A DNA stretch of 63,609 nucleotides, the filler included, from Folioceros fuciformis (lineage: Eukaryota): the NCBI GenBank assembly GCA_049999805.1. It is 4 parts of 3 records of this genome, joined end to end, with 100 filler letters (N's around TTAATTAATTAA, not from the genome) between each part and the next. Parts side by side here need not be neighbours in the genome. Positions count along the whole stretch, not along the records: positions 1 to 31,894 come from JBNGIO010006380.1; positions 31,995 to 46,194 come from JBNGIO010006380.1; 2 more parts are not named here. The stretch is one strand, 5' to 3'. Shown piece by piece: positions 23,001 to 36,616 of this stretch (positions are counted from its first letter, which is position 1; each line of letters starts with the position of its first letter). The notes beneath the pieces were generated by a model. The model was not told where the DNA came from, searched no databases, and was given only the letters and a program-made list of their open reading frames with translations. The translations under genes and the position numbers were made by a program.

Positions 23001-26000
23001 ACAAGTGTAGAATCTGCGCAGGTACTGTCACAGATACTGAGGAAATCAAAACAAAGAAACTTTGTCGTTCCCAATGTGAAAGGTCAATCAGGTGGCCAGG
23101 AAGGGTTTGAAGGAGCGACTGTGAGTCATCTTCCTGCTTTGCTGATACCATGGCAATCCTAAGGTTCCCAATCTTTCTGAAAGGTAGACAGTGTAGATAT
23201 TGAAATGAATCTCTTCTAATTTAATTGTCCCTGTTCTGACTTGCTTGGTAGGTTCTGGATGCAAGGGCTGGTTTTTACGAGAAGCCAATTGCAACCCTTG
23301 ATTTTGCTTCCCTATACCCATCTATTATGATGGCATATAATCTATGTTACTGCACGCTGGTATCCCTCGTGCCAACAACAGATCTAAACCTTTTCACCTT
23401 GTTCTTGCGTTCAGTATCGGTGAGCCACAGATTCTCACGCCGTGTACCTTCCTCTAGGTGAGATCCGAGGACCTGACCAAGTTGAATCTGGAGCCTGAAA
23501 ACGTGCTGAAAACCCCATCTGGTGAAACATTTGTTAAAGCTGATCTGGAGAAGGTATGGCCTGGTTGCGTCTTCGAGTGGTTTCTACAGTTCTGTAGTTT
23601 GCAGAAAAGCTGAAAGCGTGTCCTCATTAGGGAATATTGCCAGAGATTCTTGAGGAGCTTCTTGCTGCAAGGAAGCGGGCTAAAGCTGACTTGAAGGTTT
23701 TCAATTTGGCTTTATATCCTTCTTTCGGATCGTAGAATCTAGACAGTTTGTTTTGATGTGTAACTGTTCCTATTCGGTGAGCAGGAGGCCACGGATCCTT
23801 TTGAAAAGGCTGTCCTGGACGGTAGACAACTTGCGTTGAAGGTATTGCCTTTGCATTGTGTGATTCTTGGAATTTTTGTTTTTCTTGCCCCAGAGGTAAT
23901 ACAAAGTTTTGCAGGTCAGCGCGAATTCTGTGTACGGGTTCACTGGAGCAACGGTTGGCCAACTACCGTGTCTGGAGATATCTTCCAGTGTTACTAGCTA
24001 TGGTATTCCTTTTATCCACAACGAAGGGCCCGGGGTGTCACTCGATTTGAATTCTTGTCCTGACGCTTAGTTTTCCAGGGCGACAAATGATTGAGCACAC
24101 AAAGAAGTTGGTGGAAGAGAGGTTCAACACAAGAAACAACTATGAATATGATGCAGAGGTAACTTCTCTCCGTAAGACCTTATTTTGCTGAATGTACGAC
24201 GTATCTCTAACTCTGGCCACTCTAATTTGTCGTACATTTAGGTTGTTTATGGTGACACCGACTCTGTTATGGTACAATTTGGAGTTTCCAAGGTGGACGA
24301 GGCTATGAAACTGGGTCGTGAAGCTGCAGAGTACATCAGTGACACCTTTACTAAGGTGACTGAAAGTTATTGCATGACTTCGATTCGGCACGTTTCCTTG
24401 ACATCTGACGCACTTTCCTTGGACGAAAATAAGTTGATGTCTCATATTTACTAGAGATACTGCGTGCTGCGTTTTTCTCATACATATCATGGGCAGCCAA
24501 TCAAGCTGGAGTTTGAGAAAGCCTACTTTCCGTATCTACTTATCAGCAAAAAGCGGTATGCAGGGCTGCTGTGGACGAAACCGGACAAGCATGATAAGAT
24601 GGACACCAAAGGTAGGTCCTCCTTCAACCTGGCGAGGTGAACATAAAGCTATGCGAACGGTTCCTTTGCTCATGTTTCTCGAACGTAATCCTGCCTACGG
24701 ATTCCAGGAATTGAGACAGTTCGGAGAGATAATTGTCTCCTGGTGAAAAACTTGGTGACCGAATGCCTCAACAAGATCCTTATAGACCGCGATGTTCCAG
24801 GAGCTGTACAGTATGTCAAAAACACTATTTCTGATTTGCTCATGAACAGAATGGATCTTTCGCTACTGGTTATTACCAAGGTTTGAAGCTGACCACATGA
24901 CGTTGTGCGCTAATTAAGCATGTGCTCACAGAGTTTTGCCCCTGCCCCTTACTGGACGAGTTTGCTCTGGATAACAGGGGTTGACAAAAACGGGAGATGA
25001 CTATGCCGTCAAGGCTGCTCATGTTGAGCTTGCTGAACGGATGCGGAAGGTAGTTTCGGGACACAACATCTCTTTTGCAATGATCTGTACTTATCTTCTT
25101 GATGTTGCTACTTCTGACTTCATTCTGGGCGTCCAGCGAGATGCTGCAACTGCTCCAACTGTAGGTGATCGCGTCCCATATGTTATCGTCAAAGCTGCGA
25201 AGGGAGCGAAGGCAAGTCTTGAAATTGAAATGCATGTAGCCTCTTGACTTGGCTGTGAAGTTTCTCGTTCTCCTATCCGGCTCTTCATACCTCGAAATAC
25301 AGGCTTATGAAAGATCAGAAGATCCTATCTTCGTTCTGGAAAACAATATTCCAATCGACCCTCAATACTACCTGGAGAATCAACTCAGTAAGGTGAGTGA
25401 AAGTTAGCAAATTTGTGTGCTTTCCTTGTGCGAGGCGAGGGTGATCAGCTGACGAAGAGGTCCTGTTAATGGTAGCCGTTGCTCCGAATATTTGATCCAA
25501 TATTGAAGAATGCAAGCAAGGAGCTTCTGCACGGCAGCCATACTCGGTCTGTCTCAATATCTACTCCGTCCAATAGTGGTATCATGAAATTTGCGAAGAA
25601 GAAACTGAGCTGCATAGGCTGCAAGACTCCGATAAGGTATGTACCGACAAGTCTTGGACTATTAGTACAGGACGTTAGGCAGATAGTAACCGGTTGGCTT
25701 GCAGCGAAGAAGATCAAACCTTGTGTAAGCACTGCCGTGGGCGTGAAGCAGAGCTTTATCAGAAGACAGTCTCAAATGGTCGGTTATTCCGTCATCCGCT
25801 CGTGTATGGCCTTATGATCAAATTCGTCGCTAACTCGTGTAACGTATGGAATGCACAGTTCGAGACCTGGAAGACCTTTTCGGGAGATTGTGGACAGAGT
25901 GTCAGCGGTGTCAAGGGTCCTTACATCAGGATGTTCTGTGCACGAGGTTGTAGCTCTCTCCATATCCTATCTATGCTAGGCTTGCTACATTTGGTGGTGT

Positions 26001-26223
26001 AGGTAGTCCTTTGTGCTTGCAAATAATAAACTCCCCGTGCACATCTGCAGTCGTGACTGCCCCATATTTTATCGTCGGAAGAAAGCACAGAAGGACTTAT
26101 CAGAGGCAGAAGTACAGTTGGAGCGATGGTAATTGTTCTTTCTCTCTGTGATAACATAACACGGAGACCATTCGTCACAGCATCAGCCTGAGCAGGTTTT
26201 ATGGCACTTTCAGGGAGACATGA
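20032..26223 (+). CDS. POLD1: DNA polymerase delta catalytic subunit, many short introns
   Basis: Exon peptides [86 protein letters not shown] and C-terminal CysA/CysB. Ends LERW* (26132) or, if spliced, LERWET* (26223). Confidence 0.97.
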
Positions 26224-26887
26224 CAAGCTCAGTTAAGAGTACAGGGAGTTGAAACCTCAAAAGGAACTCACGGGCGTCACTGCTGCATGTGCGAGTTACC
26301 TGTAAGCATTTCTCGAACCGTTTGGGATTTGTGATACCACCTTGCAAGAACTTGTTGGACGGAACTAGGCACCAGCTAGCGACCCTCGTCTGACGGAGGC
26401 CTGATCTTGTGGTCCTTTTCACCTCGCCTCGCTGTCGTAGTAGTCGGGTGGTTTGCCTTAAGCTCGAACTAGAAGTGGTGAGTACTACCAACTACTTTGT
26501 TTGTACATGGTGCCGAACTCAGACGGCTGGCGGGCAACATATCTCTCTGTGCTAGTACTCAACTTCGCGGCAGAAGACAATTTTGACATCAAATAAATAG
26601 CCATTTTTTCGTGTGTTAACTTCAGCGATCCTATTGCATGACGACGTAGGACACGTGGATATACGTTCATTGTCCTAACTGTCCATTAGGGCGTGTATTT
26701 CTTTGTGCTTTTGTGTCGTATGTGGTCGAGACATGCCATAGTACGATATTTATGTATTAGATTAAATACATAAGTATTTGGGCTTCGTCGATTCACTAGG
26801 GCTACCCTAATAAATCACTAGGGCTACCCTAATAAATTTTGCTAATACGCAATACTTCGTGGACTCATATGGCACCTGCCATTCCAT

Positions 26888-26971
26888 CCCCAGGTAACCA
26901 GGTGCAATTCCCAGGTAACTAGGTGCAATTCCCAGGTAACTAGGTGCAATTCCCAGGTAACCAGGTGCAAC
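26888..26971. repeat. 21-bp tandem repeat x4 (plus a 22-bp duplication at ~26793-26836)
   Basis: 'ccaggtaac(c/t)aggtgcaattc' repeated four times. Confidence 0.85.
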
Positions 26972-27003
26972 TCACCCATATACCCGTGTAGGTGTTGTGT
27001 TGA

Positions 27004-28960
27004 TTATCGCCCTGTGTTGAAGCACGCAGGGCAAAGCATTTGCGTGACATATAGTAGCGCAGCATTGCTCTGCAACTCAGAGAGCAGCTTCATGCCCACT
27101 TCAGCCCCCACCAATTTGGGATTGCTATCCCGGGGGGGCTGTGAGGCAGTGACCTTTGGGGTTAGAATGGTCTTGGACCTACATCCAAATTGGGTTGCCT
27201 TGCATGTTGATGTGGAGAATGCTTTCAACACCATCTCTACGGTGGCTATTTTCAATGAGTTGAAGGTTGTGGGCGGTTGTTTGGAGTCTTTTATCTCCTT
27301 TGTCCGCTCCTTCTATGGTGCCCCGTCTAATCTCTACTTTCAACACTGGTCCACGGCGGAGGAGGTCTCAATGCTTGACTCGGCAGCAGGTACGCACCAG
27401 GGGGATCCCTTAGGCTCTCTTTGCTATGGCTCACCGCTTCTACAGTAGGGGGTTGTCTCTTCCCATCTGCGGCCGATGACACTCATCTCCTAGGTTTAGG
27501 GGATAAGGTTAAGGAAGCCTTTGAGTTTTTCTCAAAGGAGCTCTTATGCTTGGGCCTAAAAGTCAAGATTTCCAAGTGTAAGATTTGGTCTCCATATGGT
27601 ATCACTCCATCTCTACAACTTCCGGAGGGGAACATCGATTCTCCATGGGGGATCTGCGTCCTGGGGGTCCTTGTTGGCCCCCCCGACTTTATCCGCAAAT
27701 TTGTGGATGCAACTTTGACGGAGGATTTGGTGCACATTGAGTACCTTCATCAGCTTGGGGACCCGTAGGTGGCCTATAGCATCCTCTCCACCTGCTTTGC
27801 ACTAGGCCTTGGGTACCTCATACGTATAGTGCCTCCATCCCCAGATTTTCTTTTCAAACTAAGGGACTTCAACAAGCAAGTATTGAAGGAATTGGGGGAC
27901 ATTGTTGGCCCGGGTTCATTTGATTGTACTGCAGGTGATTTGGCTAGGAGACAGGCATCCCTACCCGTTGCTTCGAGCGGCATTTGGCTACTAGCAATTG
28001 AGGCCTCGATGCCAGCTGCTTTTCTTAGTAGTTGGGCGCTCTCTATTCCAGCTTTAGTGACTTGCTTCTCTATCGGAAACTCGGGTGTTTTGAGGGTTTT
28101 GTCACTGGAGTTGAGAAGGGGCCATTCTCCCTCCAGGAGTCCCTCAGGAGGGCCAGGATCTCTTATCCTCACAAGCTCGATTAGTCATGCCTTCGTTTTC
28201 CTCCTTCCTTTGTGGGGGTATGACGGGGCTTCACTCTTGGAAAATCATTATGGGCAAGAGTTGCAGGCCCTCATACTTGATTCCTCCATTGACAAGCAGG
28301 CTCGGGCAAGCCTTCGATCTTATTCGGGGAAGGATGCTAGCTCTTGGTTGTTGGCCCATCCATGCATCTAGGCTTTCCGAATCGCACTAACTTCTTTCTC
28401 TACTACGATGAGGTTTCTCCTTGGCTTGGTCCAGTCATTGGCATGGTCTCTCTCTTCTTGTAGCCATGGGCTCCTCCTTGACAACCCGGGAGGCACTTGG
28501 CACGTTGCCCTATCGGCGGGCAACGCATCGCCACCCATAATACAATGAGGGACGTTATGTTTTCTTTGGCCAAGGAGGGTGGCTTCTTTCCCTACAAGAA
28601 GCACCCATATACCTTGCTAAACAGCTTCTCCGTCATTGCATACCTTTTCTTGACCGAGGGGGACCAATTTTCTATAGCTAATATGATGATGGTCACATGC
28701 CCCACTCGGACAACCATCAGCGAGCATGTCATTATCAACCCCCCGGGTTGGGCGGTTAAAGGAAGCGCGACAAAGAAGACTTGCAAGTAAGGGTCATTTG
28801 TTCATCCCCATGTTAAGAGGAGAGGCATAGGCCTTTCCCTATCCCGCGTGGTGGCATTTTTCCGGCAACCGGTTTTGATTGGACTATGAAAGGCCTTGGC
28901 AAACACGATTTTTCAGACAACATCAAGTACGGCGGATGCAGCTTCAACAGCCTTGGCAAT
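27004..28960 (+). mobile_element. Degenerate, 5'-truncated non-LTR retrotransposon of CRE-like type (RT, Cys/His motif, decayed restriction-like endonuclease region)
   Basis: Fragments in several frames: GGCEAV, VDVENAFNTIS, GTHQGDPLG, AADDTHLLG, GLKVKISKC, RRQASLPVASSG, WLLAHP, HLARC..GGQRIATHN.MRD; frameshifts and stops. Confidence 0.75.
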
Positions 28961-29189
28961 AAGTAGGCCATAAGAGTTACAGGCTAGATGAACGAGGGGG
29001 TTAGGCCTCTTTCTTGGCTTTTCCCCATTGCGGGTTGTTTCTTGTCACGAGGTAGATGGAACTTCCCTTTTGTTTTTTTTTTTTAAGTCTTCATGTTCCT
29101 CCAAAGAATGGCTCGCTGTCAAGTCGTGGAGATCGCCACCGGACTACAACCTAAGTTGCACTACTTGAATTTTCTATCGCTTTTCTGGT

Positions 29190-29759
29190 TTACTGCGGAT
29201 AACAGGAGCAGGCGCGGAGTCTGACTCCCCAGGGGGCGGACGGAGGGCTGATGGTGAGGAAGTCGCAGAACTGGCGACTCTTTTTCTTCAAGCTGGTCCA
29301 GCTGCTGATGTGGAATCGGTACCGAGAAACCAGCTTGAGCCGCAACGGAACGACGCCCCGTTCAATGTCATCTGCCATGGCACTCACTCTGTCTTGCGAC
29401 AGCTGCACCTGCAGCTGGGGCTGGAGCCGCACGGTTGTCTCCACAGTGGTCTTCTCCTTCTGTTGGTATCCCAGACCCGGAAACGCCTGCACGGCCAGCC
29501 GCTGATTGCGGTATCACAGAGTGGTCCTCACGTACTGGTACTCTACGTTGGCATGCCGCTTATAATTGCCCAAGCTGAGGGTGACGTTCAGATCCCAATA
29601 TAGGCCCGTGCTGCTCAGATTGAAAGCTCCCACCTTCACCCTCTCCAGCTCCATATGGACAATGCCATGTAAGACAGCGAACCATATGATCACCAACATG
29701 ACGAACAACGTGGAGAGGCATGTCAAACAGCAACAGAAGGCACAGCCTTTGTTTGCCAT
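29190..29759 (-). pseudogene. LEA_2/NDR1-HIN1-like gene with an in-frame TGA at 29514-29516
   Basis: Cys-rich N-terminus plus TM helix, then FNLSS...LNVTLSLGN...VEY...Y.NQRL...FP...Q..K, DIERGVVPLRLKL...C. The two ORFs are in frame and separated by a single stop. Confidence 0.75.
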
Positions 29760-30407
29760 GACCCTCGTCCTGGCCTCCTGTACCACACCAGTGCTTGCCT
29801 TGCATAAACAGTTTCATGAAGGAGCTTGTCCAGCCAACGCGCTTGCGTCACCTCGAAGCGTTGACAGGGTCAAGCCATGGCATGGGGGAGTCTGGGTAAA
29901 GCTTAATGCTTAAGCTTAACGGCTGTTGATGCTTAATCCTGTGAAAACGCAGCAGCTTGCGATGCTGAAGGCTCCGGGTGGTAAGAGGCATGTCCTTTAT
30001 CGAGACTACGATACCTTGACGGGCGGTCCGTTGGTACAGTGTAAACAATCGCTAGAGCTAGTCCGCCTTGCAAGCCTTGCGCCTGGCAGTGGGTTCTCCC
30101 CTAGTTTTCTTTCTCGCTGAGATTTTTACACCTGCTGCGCTTTTCCTCGATTGCGTTTGGGCAGACAAGAAGCTCTGTACCGAGACGGGCACTCTTGGGG
30201 TTCCCATCTTCCACTCTGCACGCCGAGAATGAGATGCCTATGCTGAAGAACTGTCTGATTGGCTCACAGTCTGCTCCAGGTTGCACAAACGCTCTCCAAC
30301 ATTTCTTTCCAGCTGGCGGGAAGAAGCAATTCAAGGTAAAGAGACTGAGTCATAGCACGTAGCGAAGCCTCTGGAATGACTACCTTGATCAGGCTATGTG
30401 CTGCTGC

Positions 30408-30805
30408 TCACCCCCTTTTCCCCTCTTTCTTGGCTTCCAAGGAGAAACATGTGAGGGCGAGGGAGCCTGGCTTCCACGCGGCGGACGGAGGACTGATGGC
30501 GAGGGAATCACAGAACTGGTGAGCCGGTGAGTCCAGCGGGTCCACCAAGATCTGTGAAACAGGCAGCGAGCAGCCAGCATGAGCTGCAGTGGGATCACGC
30601 CCCGCCCGAAATCCGCCTCCATCGCTGCTGCAAGGTAAATTTGCCGCAGACGCGCCTGCCCGGAGCATTGCAGACGCAAGACGCGCTTGAGAGCGCTCTG
30701 GCAGCCCTGATGGGGCCCGTTGCTGGGAACGTCTGCACGTCCAGCTTGTGGCCACGGTGCTCTCGGACCTGTAGGTGTACAGTATGTGCACATGGTTGCT
30801 GCACT
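30408..30805 (-). pseudogene. Second LEA_2/NHL-like paralogue, frameshifted and truncated
   Basis: AMEADFGRGVIPLQLML...FHRSWWT and QFCDSLAISPPSA occur in different frames. Confidence 0.6.
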
Positions 30806-31549
30806 TGTGCAAGGTGAGGGTGGGGTGGTGACTCGAACAGAAACTTCAAGCTAATATTAGCTTTAGTGCAATTGATCTCTTGTATAAGAGATTGCGACAT
30901 GTTAAGAGTCAAGATTTGAAGTTGTTGGAGTCCTCGCAAATGGTACAGCTAAGAGGAGAATGAGAACTATTGTTATTCAAAGATTGATTGTGTTCTCAAT
31001 AAACATCAATGGGTACTTTTATCTCACCTTTTTTAGTTTAAGCCATTAGAGGGTTAAAACCCAAGATCACACGTACATATGTTTGCTTTTACTTATAATA
31101 CCTTGAAGTTGATATTAAAATACATAAAACCTTAAAATCCAAATAGATTAAACAAAATCCACAAAAAAACGGATTCCCGTTATGACCAGTATTATCAATT
31201 CGTAGCATGGTGTGCTAGCAACCCAAAGTCCTTGCATCAGGAGCAGCATTTTGTGTCACACAAATCCCATCCGAATACCGACCAATTCAAGCGCGCATGA
31301 TGCTTAATGACGACGTTCGTAGTTTGTGCTGTTACGACGATGACTTGGGTCGTGAAATCTCGTTTTGCGAGCGAGTCGTAACAAACGTGTACACGGTCGA
31401 GGTGTTGTATACATGAGAAGCATTTGTGTTAGGAATCCCCTTGGTCGCAGGGATTTCCCGACAGGTTGTTCGCAGGAAGTCCAAGGCCATGATCGAAAGA
31501 ATGGCTTTCTGTCAAGTCTTGGAGATCGCCACCAGGGCTACTACCGCCT

Positions 31550-31894
31550 CTACATGGCAGCTGCACTATTTGCATTTTGTATCGCTTTCCTGGTTTCCTC
31601 CGAATAACAGGAGAAGGCGAGGAGTCTGCCTCCCCAGGGGGCGGACGGAGGGCTGATGGTGAAGAAGTCGCAGAATTGGTGACTCTTAATCTTCCAGCTG
31701 GTCCAGCTCGAGCGGTGGAATCGGTAGCGAGAAACCAGCTTGAGCCGCAGCGGCACCACGCCCGTTTAATGTCATCTGCCATGGCGCTCACTCTGTCCTG
31801 CGACAGCTGCACCTGCCGCTGGGGCTGGAGCCGCAGGGTTGTCAGCACAGTGCTCTTCTGTCCCTGCTGGAATCCCGGGCCAGGGAATGCCTGC
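31550..31894 (-). pseudogene. Third LEA_2/NHL-like paralogue (3' part, 1-nt frameshift; 5' part lost in the gap)
   Basis: Highly similar to the 29190 copy (VQLSQDRVSAMADDI / VPLRLKLVSRYRFH, in two frames) and shares its 3' flank. Confidence 0.7.
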
Positions 31895-31994
31895 NNNNNN
31901 NNNNNNNNNNNNNNNNNNNNNNNNNNNNNNNNNNNNNNTTAATTAATTAANNNNNNNNNNNNNNNNNNNNNNNNNNNNNNNNNNNNNNNNNNNN
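31895..31994. other. Artificial contig-joining spacer (N-TTAATTAATTAA-N)
   Basis: Six-frame stop linker embedded in Ns; the same structure occurs at 46195-46294 and 51128-51227. Confidence 0.9.
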
Positions 31995-34685
31995 AGGCAG
32001 CCCGGGCTGCACGGCTCTTGTTTCCTTTTCACCACAGATAAGGTTACCTCACCAGAGAAGGCGCGGCCCGGCGCCGACTTGGGCTGCCCGCCATCCCTAT
32101 CAAGCCAGGATGAGCCAGGGGGTCGCTATGGTGGGCGCCTCTGCCTTTGCCGTGGCCGTTGCCCTTGCACCTCGCTTGCGTCTTTTCTTCATTTTGCCTC
32201 GGAGTCGCCCCGTCCCCGGGGCCCGATACGATACGCATCAAGCTCCCGTCGCCACCGCCTATTCCCGGAAACAAGTCAGGTCCAGTTATTGCCCTCGGAC
32301 AAGACTTCTAGATCCTGGCCCCGCCTCGCCAACAGCATCCCCCAGTGCACACCGCCCAGCTGCTTTCTCTGGTGTCCAGTTACGGTCACCGGTTCAGCGG
32401 CCACCTTGCCCTGCTCGCACTCCACCATTTCCTTTAATCCCTCGCCCACTCCCTTTAATAGACGGGTCTCCCGTCGTCACGCCGAAGGATGGAGGATTTT
32501 CCCCTCCCAAGGCCTTCTCAGTCGCACTTTTGCTCACCTCTTGTACAACGCGTCAGACTCCTGTCTGCTGAGGACTGGACTGCATTCCAGTGTTCCTTCC
32601 CTGCGGGTGTCGGGCCCCGCCCCATCCAGCCGCATCGCACCCGCAACCGCACCCGCACCGCGTCGCAACGCACCGCACCTTGCATTTTGCAGACGCTCCA
32701 AACACGCGCACACACTGCTTGCAAAAGGAAGGGGTTGGGCCACATGGCCCATTTGCTCTTTCTTAGGAGCCTGGACCTGCTACTCTAATTTGGGAGGTGC
32801 CAGTGTCACCGAAAACCCAGCTGCATCGACCAGCCCATACGTTGGACCGCGAGCAAATCCTTCTGCCTTGCATAATGCTGTCAGCGCGTGCTATCTTGGC
32901 AGACGGGGTCTTTGTCTTTCTGCCTAGCTACGGACGTGGAAGGCGGCAGCCCCATGTTGAATTCAAAGCGCATGGCTTCTCCGCCATCAGCATATGCTCT
33001 GCCCTGCTCTGCTCGGCTCTGCTTTAGGCAATTCTGGAGGCTTACCGCATATGTACGCATACGTGTCAGGGAAGCGAGACCCCCATTCACAACTCCGAGC
33101 AATGCGAGTGCAACATGACCTCGAGTAACTGGGCAATCAGAGTCAGCAGCATCATGCATACAGCGAGGCAAAACATGTCAGTGTCCAAAGCAGGCTTGCG
33201 CTTCAGACACGTTTTCTGCTGCTCAAGCTTTCCAAAACTGCAAGGCTGCTGAACTTCTAGTAACCGGCTTCTAGTAACAGAGGCCCGCGCCTGAAAACCA
33301 GCAGTACGATCCGGTGTTCCCTGCGGTGCGGCTACTGGAGTCACTTCGGAGCAGGTATTCCGAACTCCACTTCCCTCTGCCAAGGGATCGTCACAACAGG
33401 ATATTCTGACCTCCTCCTTCCTTTTTCCCCTCCGTTTACGTTTGCCACCAAGATGGACAAGTAAGTCCTGCACTCCTGCTCGCAAGTGTCGCTAAGCTTC
33501 AGAGGCAAGCAAGTTGCGGGTGAATGTAAACCCCGCGTCCAGAGCAAGAGGGTACAATCGTGCCTGGTTTCCTGGTCTCTTCCGATGCAGGACGCCGAGC
33601 AGCTGCTTGTTTTGGATGAGGGAACACCAGTATGCCTATAGGTAAGTGTGCGGACAGCACCACGTTTTCCGTGAAAGTTGTAGCCTCGCATGCAAGGCAA
33701 GATCAAATGTAACAGTCGACCCCGGCCCCCTCTCCAGGTGTGAGATCCTACAGCCACTTGCTTTGGCTGGAGATCTACTACCATGCCGAGAAGCAAGGCT
33801 GTCCACAGCATCATGCCAACCAGAATAGTTGTAGCCTCGGACGTTAAGCAAGCGACAGAAATGTAGCAGTCCGCTTAGGCTCCTCTCCAAAACGTGGCAC
33901 CTCAAGAGTGATTTCGCTTTAGATGAGGGGATAACTTTGTGCGAAAAAGCAAGCTGGGGACCTGAACACAGAAAGCCTCGCATCGAGGGCAAGTGAGAAC
34001 ACCCGTGCACGACCCAGTCTCAGGTGATGTGAAATCGTCGCACGAGCAGTTTGGCTAAACTTGACATACATACTTTAGCAAGTTACAGCACTTGGCATTG
34101 GCATACCTTATCTCGATCCTCACGTTATCCATGAACTGTATTTCTCCGGAACTCTGGTATGGATGTGTTGCACCAAACCTTTAGGTTTGGAACCACCATG
34201 TCTGATCTGCGGTTCTAGGGTCAAGGGGTTATAATTGTGCAGGCAAGTAAGTTCTGGATAGCAACACTCCCCTAGTTGTTCCGCCCTCACACAGTACATG
34301 GAGACAATGTTTCCTCATAACAAAGCAGCTTCCTCTTATTTGAACAGAACAAACAGAACAATAGGTTGCCCATATGCAATTAAGCCATGCCCAACATCCA
34401 TAAGAAAGATGAAGTTGAGCCCACATACTAAAAGAGATGCAAGGGGACCCAAACAAGGATCACATGGAAGAAGGAAAAGAAAGCAACTAAGCTCCGTGTC
34501 AGATGTACATACAGTGTGTAGAAAGATGCATCATAGTGAAGAATCTTAGAACTTAAAGATCAGTTACTTGTCCATGAATAGGTGGTGTTTATGATATACC
34601 GGCATTTTGTTCCGGAATGGGAATTTGACAAGTAGGGGCTGTGATGCCTACGTCCAAGCTGCACGCAGGTGGCCGACGAGCAGCA

Positions 34686-36616
34686 ATGTCTTCGCTCAAG
34701 CAGAAACGCAACAGTTCTGATGCTCTCGGAGCCTCTGGAGTTGTTGCAGACCCACCTGCCGCGCAATTGAAGGAAGAGCCGTCTACCGTGGCTGGGCGGA
34801 AGAGAAAGATAAGAAAAGATGCAGCTGGAGGAAATGCTTCAATCGGAACGAAAGCGACCTCCATCAGCAAAGCGACAGCTGCGGTGGTTTCAGGCAGCAT
34901 GGAACCCGACAGCAACTGGAAGCAACTACAAGCAGTAGGTGTGGCGGCCCTCTACTGCTTTTGATGTTTAAGATTAAAGTGATGTCTTTGTCAATTGATG
35001 AGTCACAATTACGGAGGAGGAGAGTTTCGTTGTGAGGGACACTCATAGAAAGCAATTCCTGTCTCTCCTTGACCTTCTGACCCGTCCGAGTGTTGAGAAT
35101 GGTGGGAATGAGTGCTTGTGTACAGCGAACTCTTTGTGGCCCTGGAAGAAGATAGGTCTCAACTTAGCTGATGCTGCACTTTTTGTCGTGTGCAGGTGTT
35201 CTATCCACACAGACCCTTCAAGAGGAGGAAACCTACTCCTGCTGTTGAGCCGACAGATACAGAGAAGGAGACTGGTAAGGCCTGCTTGTAGCTTTCGTCA
35301 ACTTGTTGTTTTGCAACCCTTATTTAGCAGAAATCACTGACGATGCATCTGAATTGCAAAGAAGGTCTAGCAGCCGAGGCAGCCAAGTCTCAGGCCTTAA
35401 CTCCTGTGAACTCAGATTTCAGGTATACATGTGGAGAAAAACCATGTCCGTTGCACAAGCGATTTTTTTGTATATGTTGCTTTGTCTCTTAGTATGTTCA
35501 TCTCTGCTCTATGTTTGGCCAGCACCACCAAGCAGATCGCCATGGATTGTGAGATGGTTGGGGTAGGGCATGAGGGCACAAGGAATGCGTTGGCAAGAGT
35601 GACCTTGGTAAGATTGCTTTGGGAGGTCTTGTTCTTGTTGAAAATTGTCAAATCAGTTAAGTCAAATTTCTTGCACAAAGTGCGGTGCCTGCGATTTTGC
35701 AGTATGGTGCACCTAAATGCCTCATTTTCAGGTAAACGCTTGGGGAAACGTGATATATGATAAGCATGTCCGACCTTTGGAGACAGTTACAGATTTCCGA
35801 ACGAAGATAAGTGGTGTTCGACGAGCTGATCTGAAGAAAGGCAAGGTTTATAATTCAGACAATTTCAAGGTTACCATGGGATGGACCTTCCCATGTGCAG
35901 TCCCAGATGAGACGTCTTTCGCTTTTTGCAGCTGTGAAGTTCTCCATCGTTCAACAAGAAGTTGCGAATCTCTTGAGTGGCCGAATATTGGTGGGCCATG
36001 CGCTGCACAACGATCTGAAGGTCTGTTACAACGACTGCACGGGAATCATACTCGTCCATTAGCCTTCGCAGTGTAATCTAAGCTGTGACATGTCATTCGG
36101 CCTTGGCAGGTGCTGTTTCTGAGTCATCCTAGAAAGGACCTCAGGGATACCACCTTGTACAAGCCCTTACGCAGGTCTCTGTTCTGTTCAGCATTTTGCG
36201 AGTTTGTTCAGTTTCTAAATACTCTTTGTTCCAGGGATCGTCAAGGGGGTTTCTTATTTGTACGTGTGCTTAACGATCCATCTTATTCATGCAGTCCTAC
36301 AGGCCGCCCACAGAGTCTCCAACACTTAGCTGCACAGTTTCTCGGTACAACAATCCAGGAAGGAGAGCATGACCCAGTATGTCTCTAATCTACACTCTCT
36401 GTTCACTCAAGAGCTCTGATTACGTCGGCGCTAGAAGTTATTTATGGTCACTTTGTGTGGGAAAGCTGAGCCGGAAATGGTGTTATGCTGCGCGTTCAGG
36501 TTGAAGACGCTCGGGCAGCAATGATGCTATATCAACGTTTCAAAGCTGAATGGGAGAGGAGCATAACTGAAAGAAAATCTCGTAACTTTACACGGGTAGT
36601 AAAGCAAGAAAAATAG
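34686..36616 (+). CDS. REX4: RNA exonuclease 4 (DEDDh), multi-exon, with one GC-AG intron
   Basis: SNWKQLQ; IAMDCEMVGVG...ALARVTLVN.WG; VTDFRTKISGVR; ILVGHALHNDLKVL.LSHP; RDT; IQEGEHDPVEDARAAMMLY. Confidence 0.93.

Noticed and set aside
31895..31994. TTAATTAATTAA as a biological motif, and gene clustering across it
   Set aside because: Assembly linker repeated three times; adjacency across it is not reliable.
32000..34500. Possible gene or miRNA locus with many short ORFs
   Set aside because: No recognisable domain, conserved miRNA or consistent exon structure.
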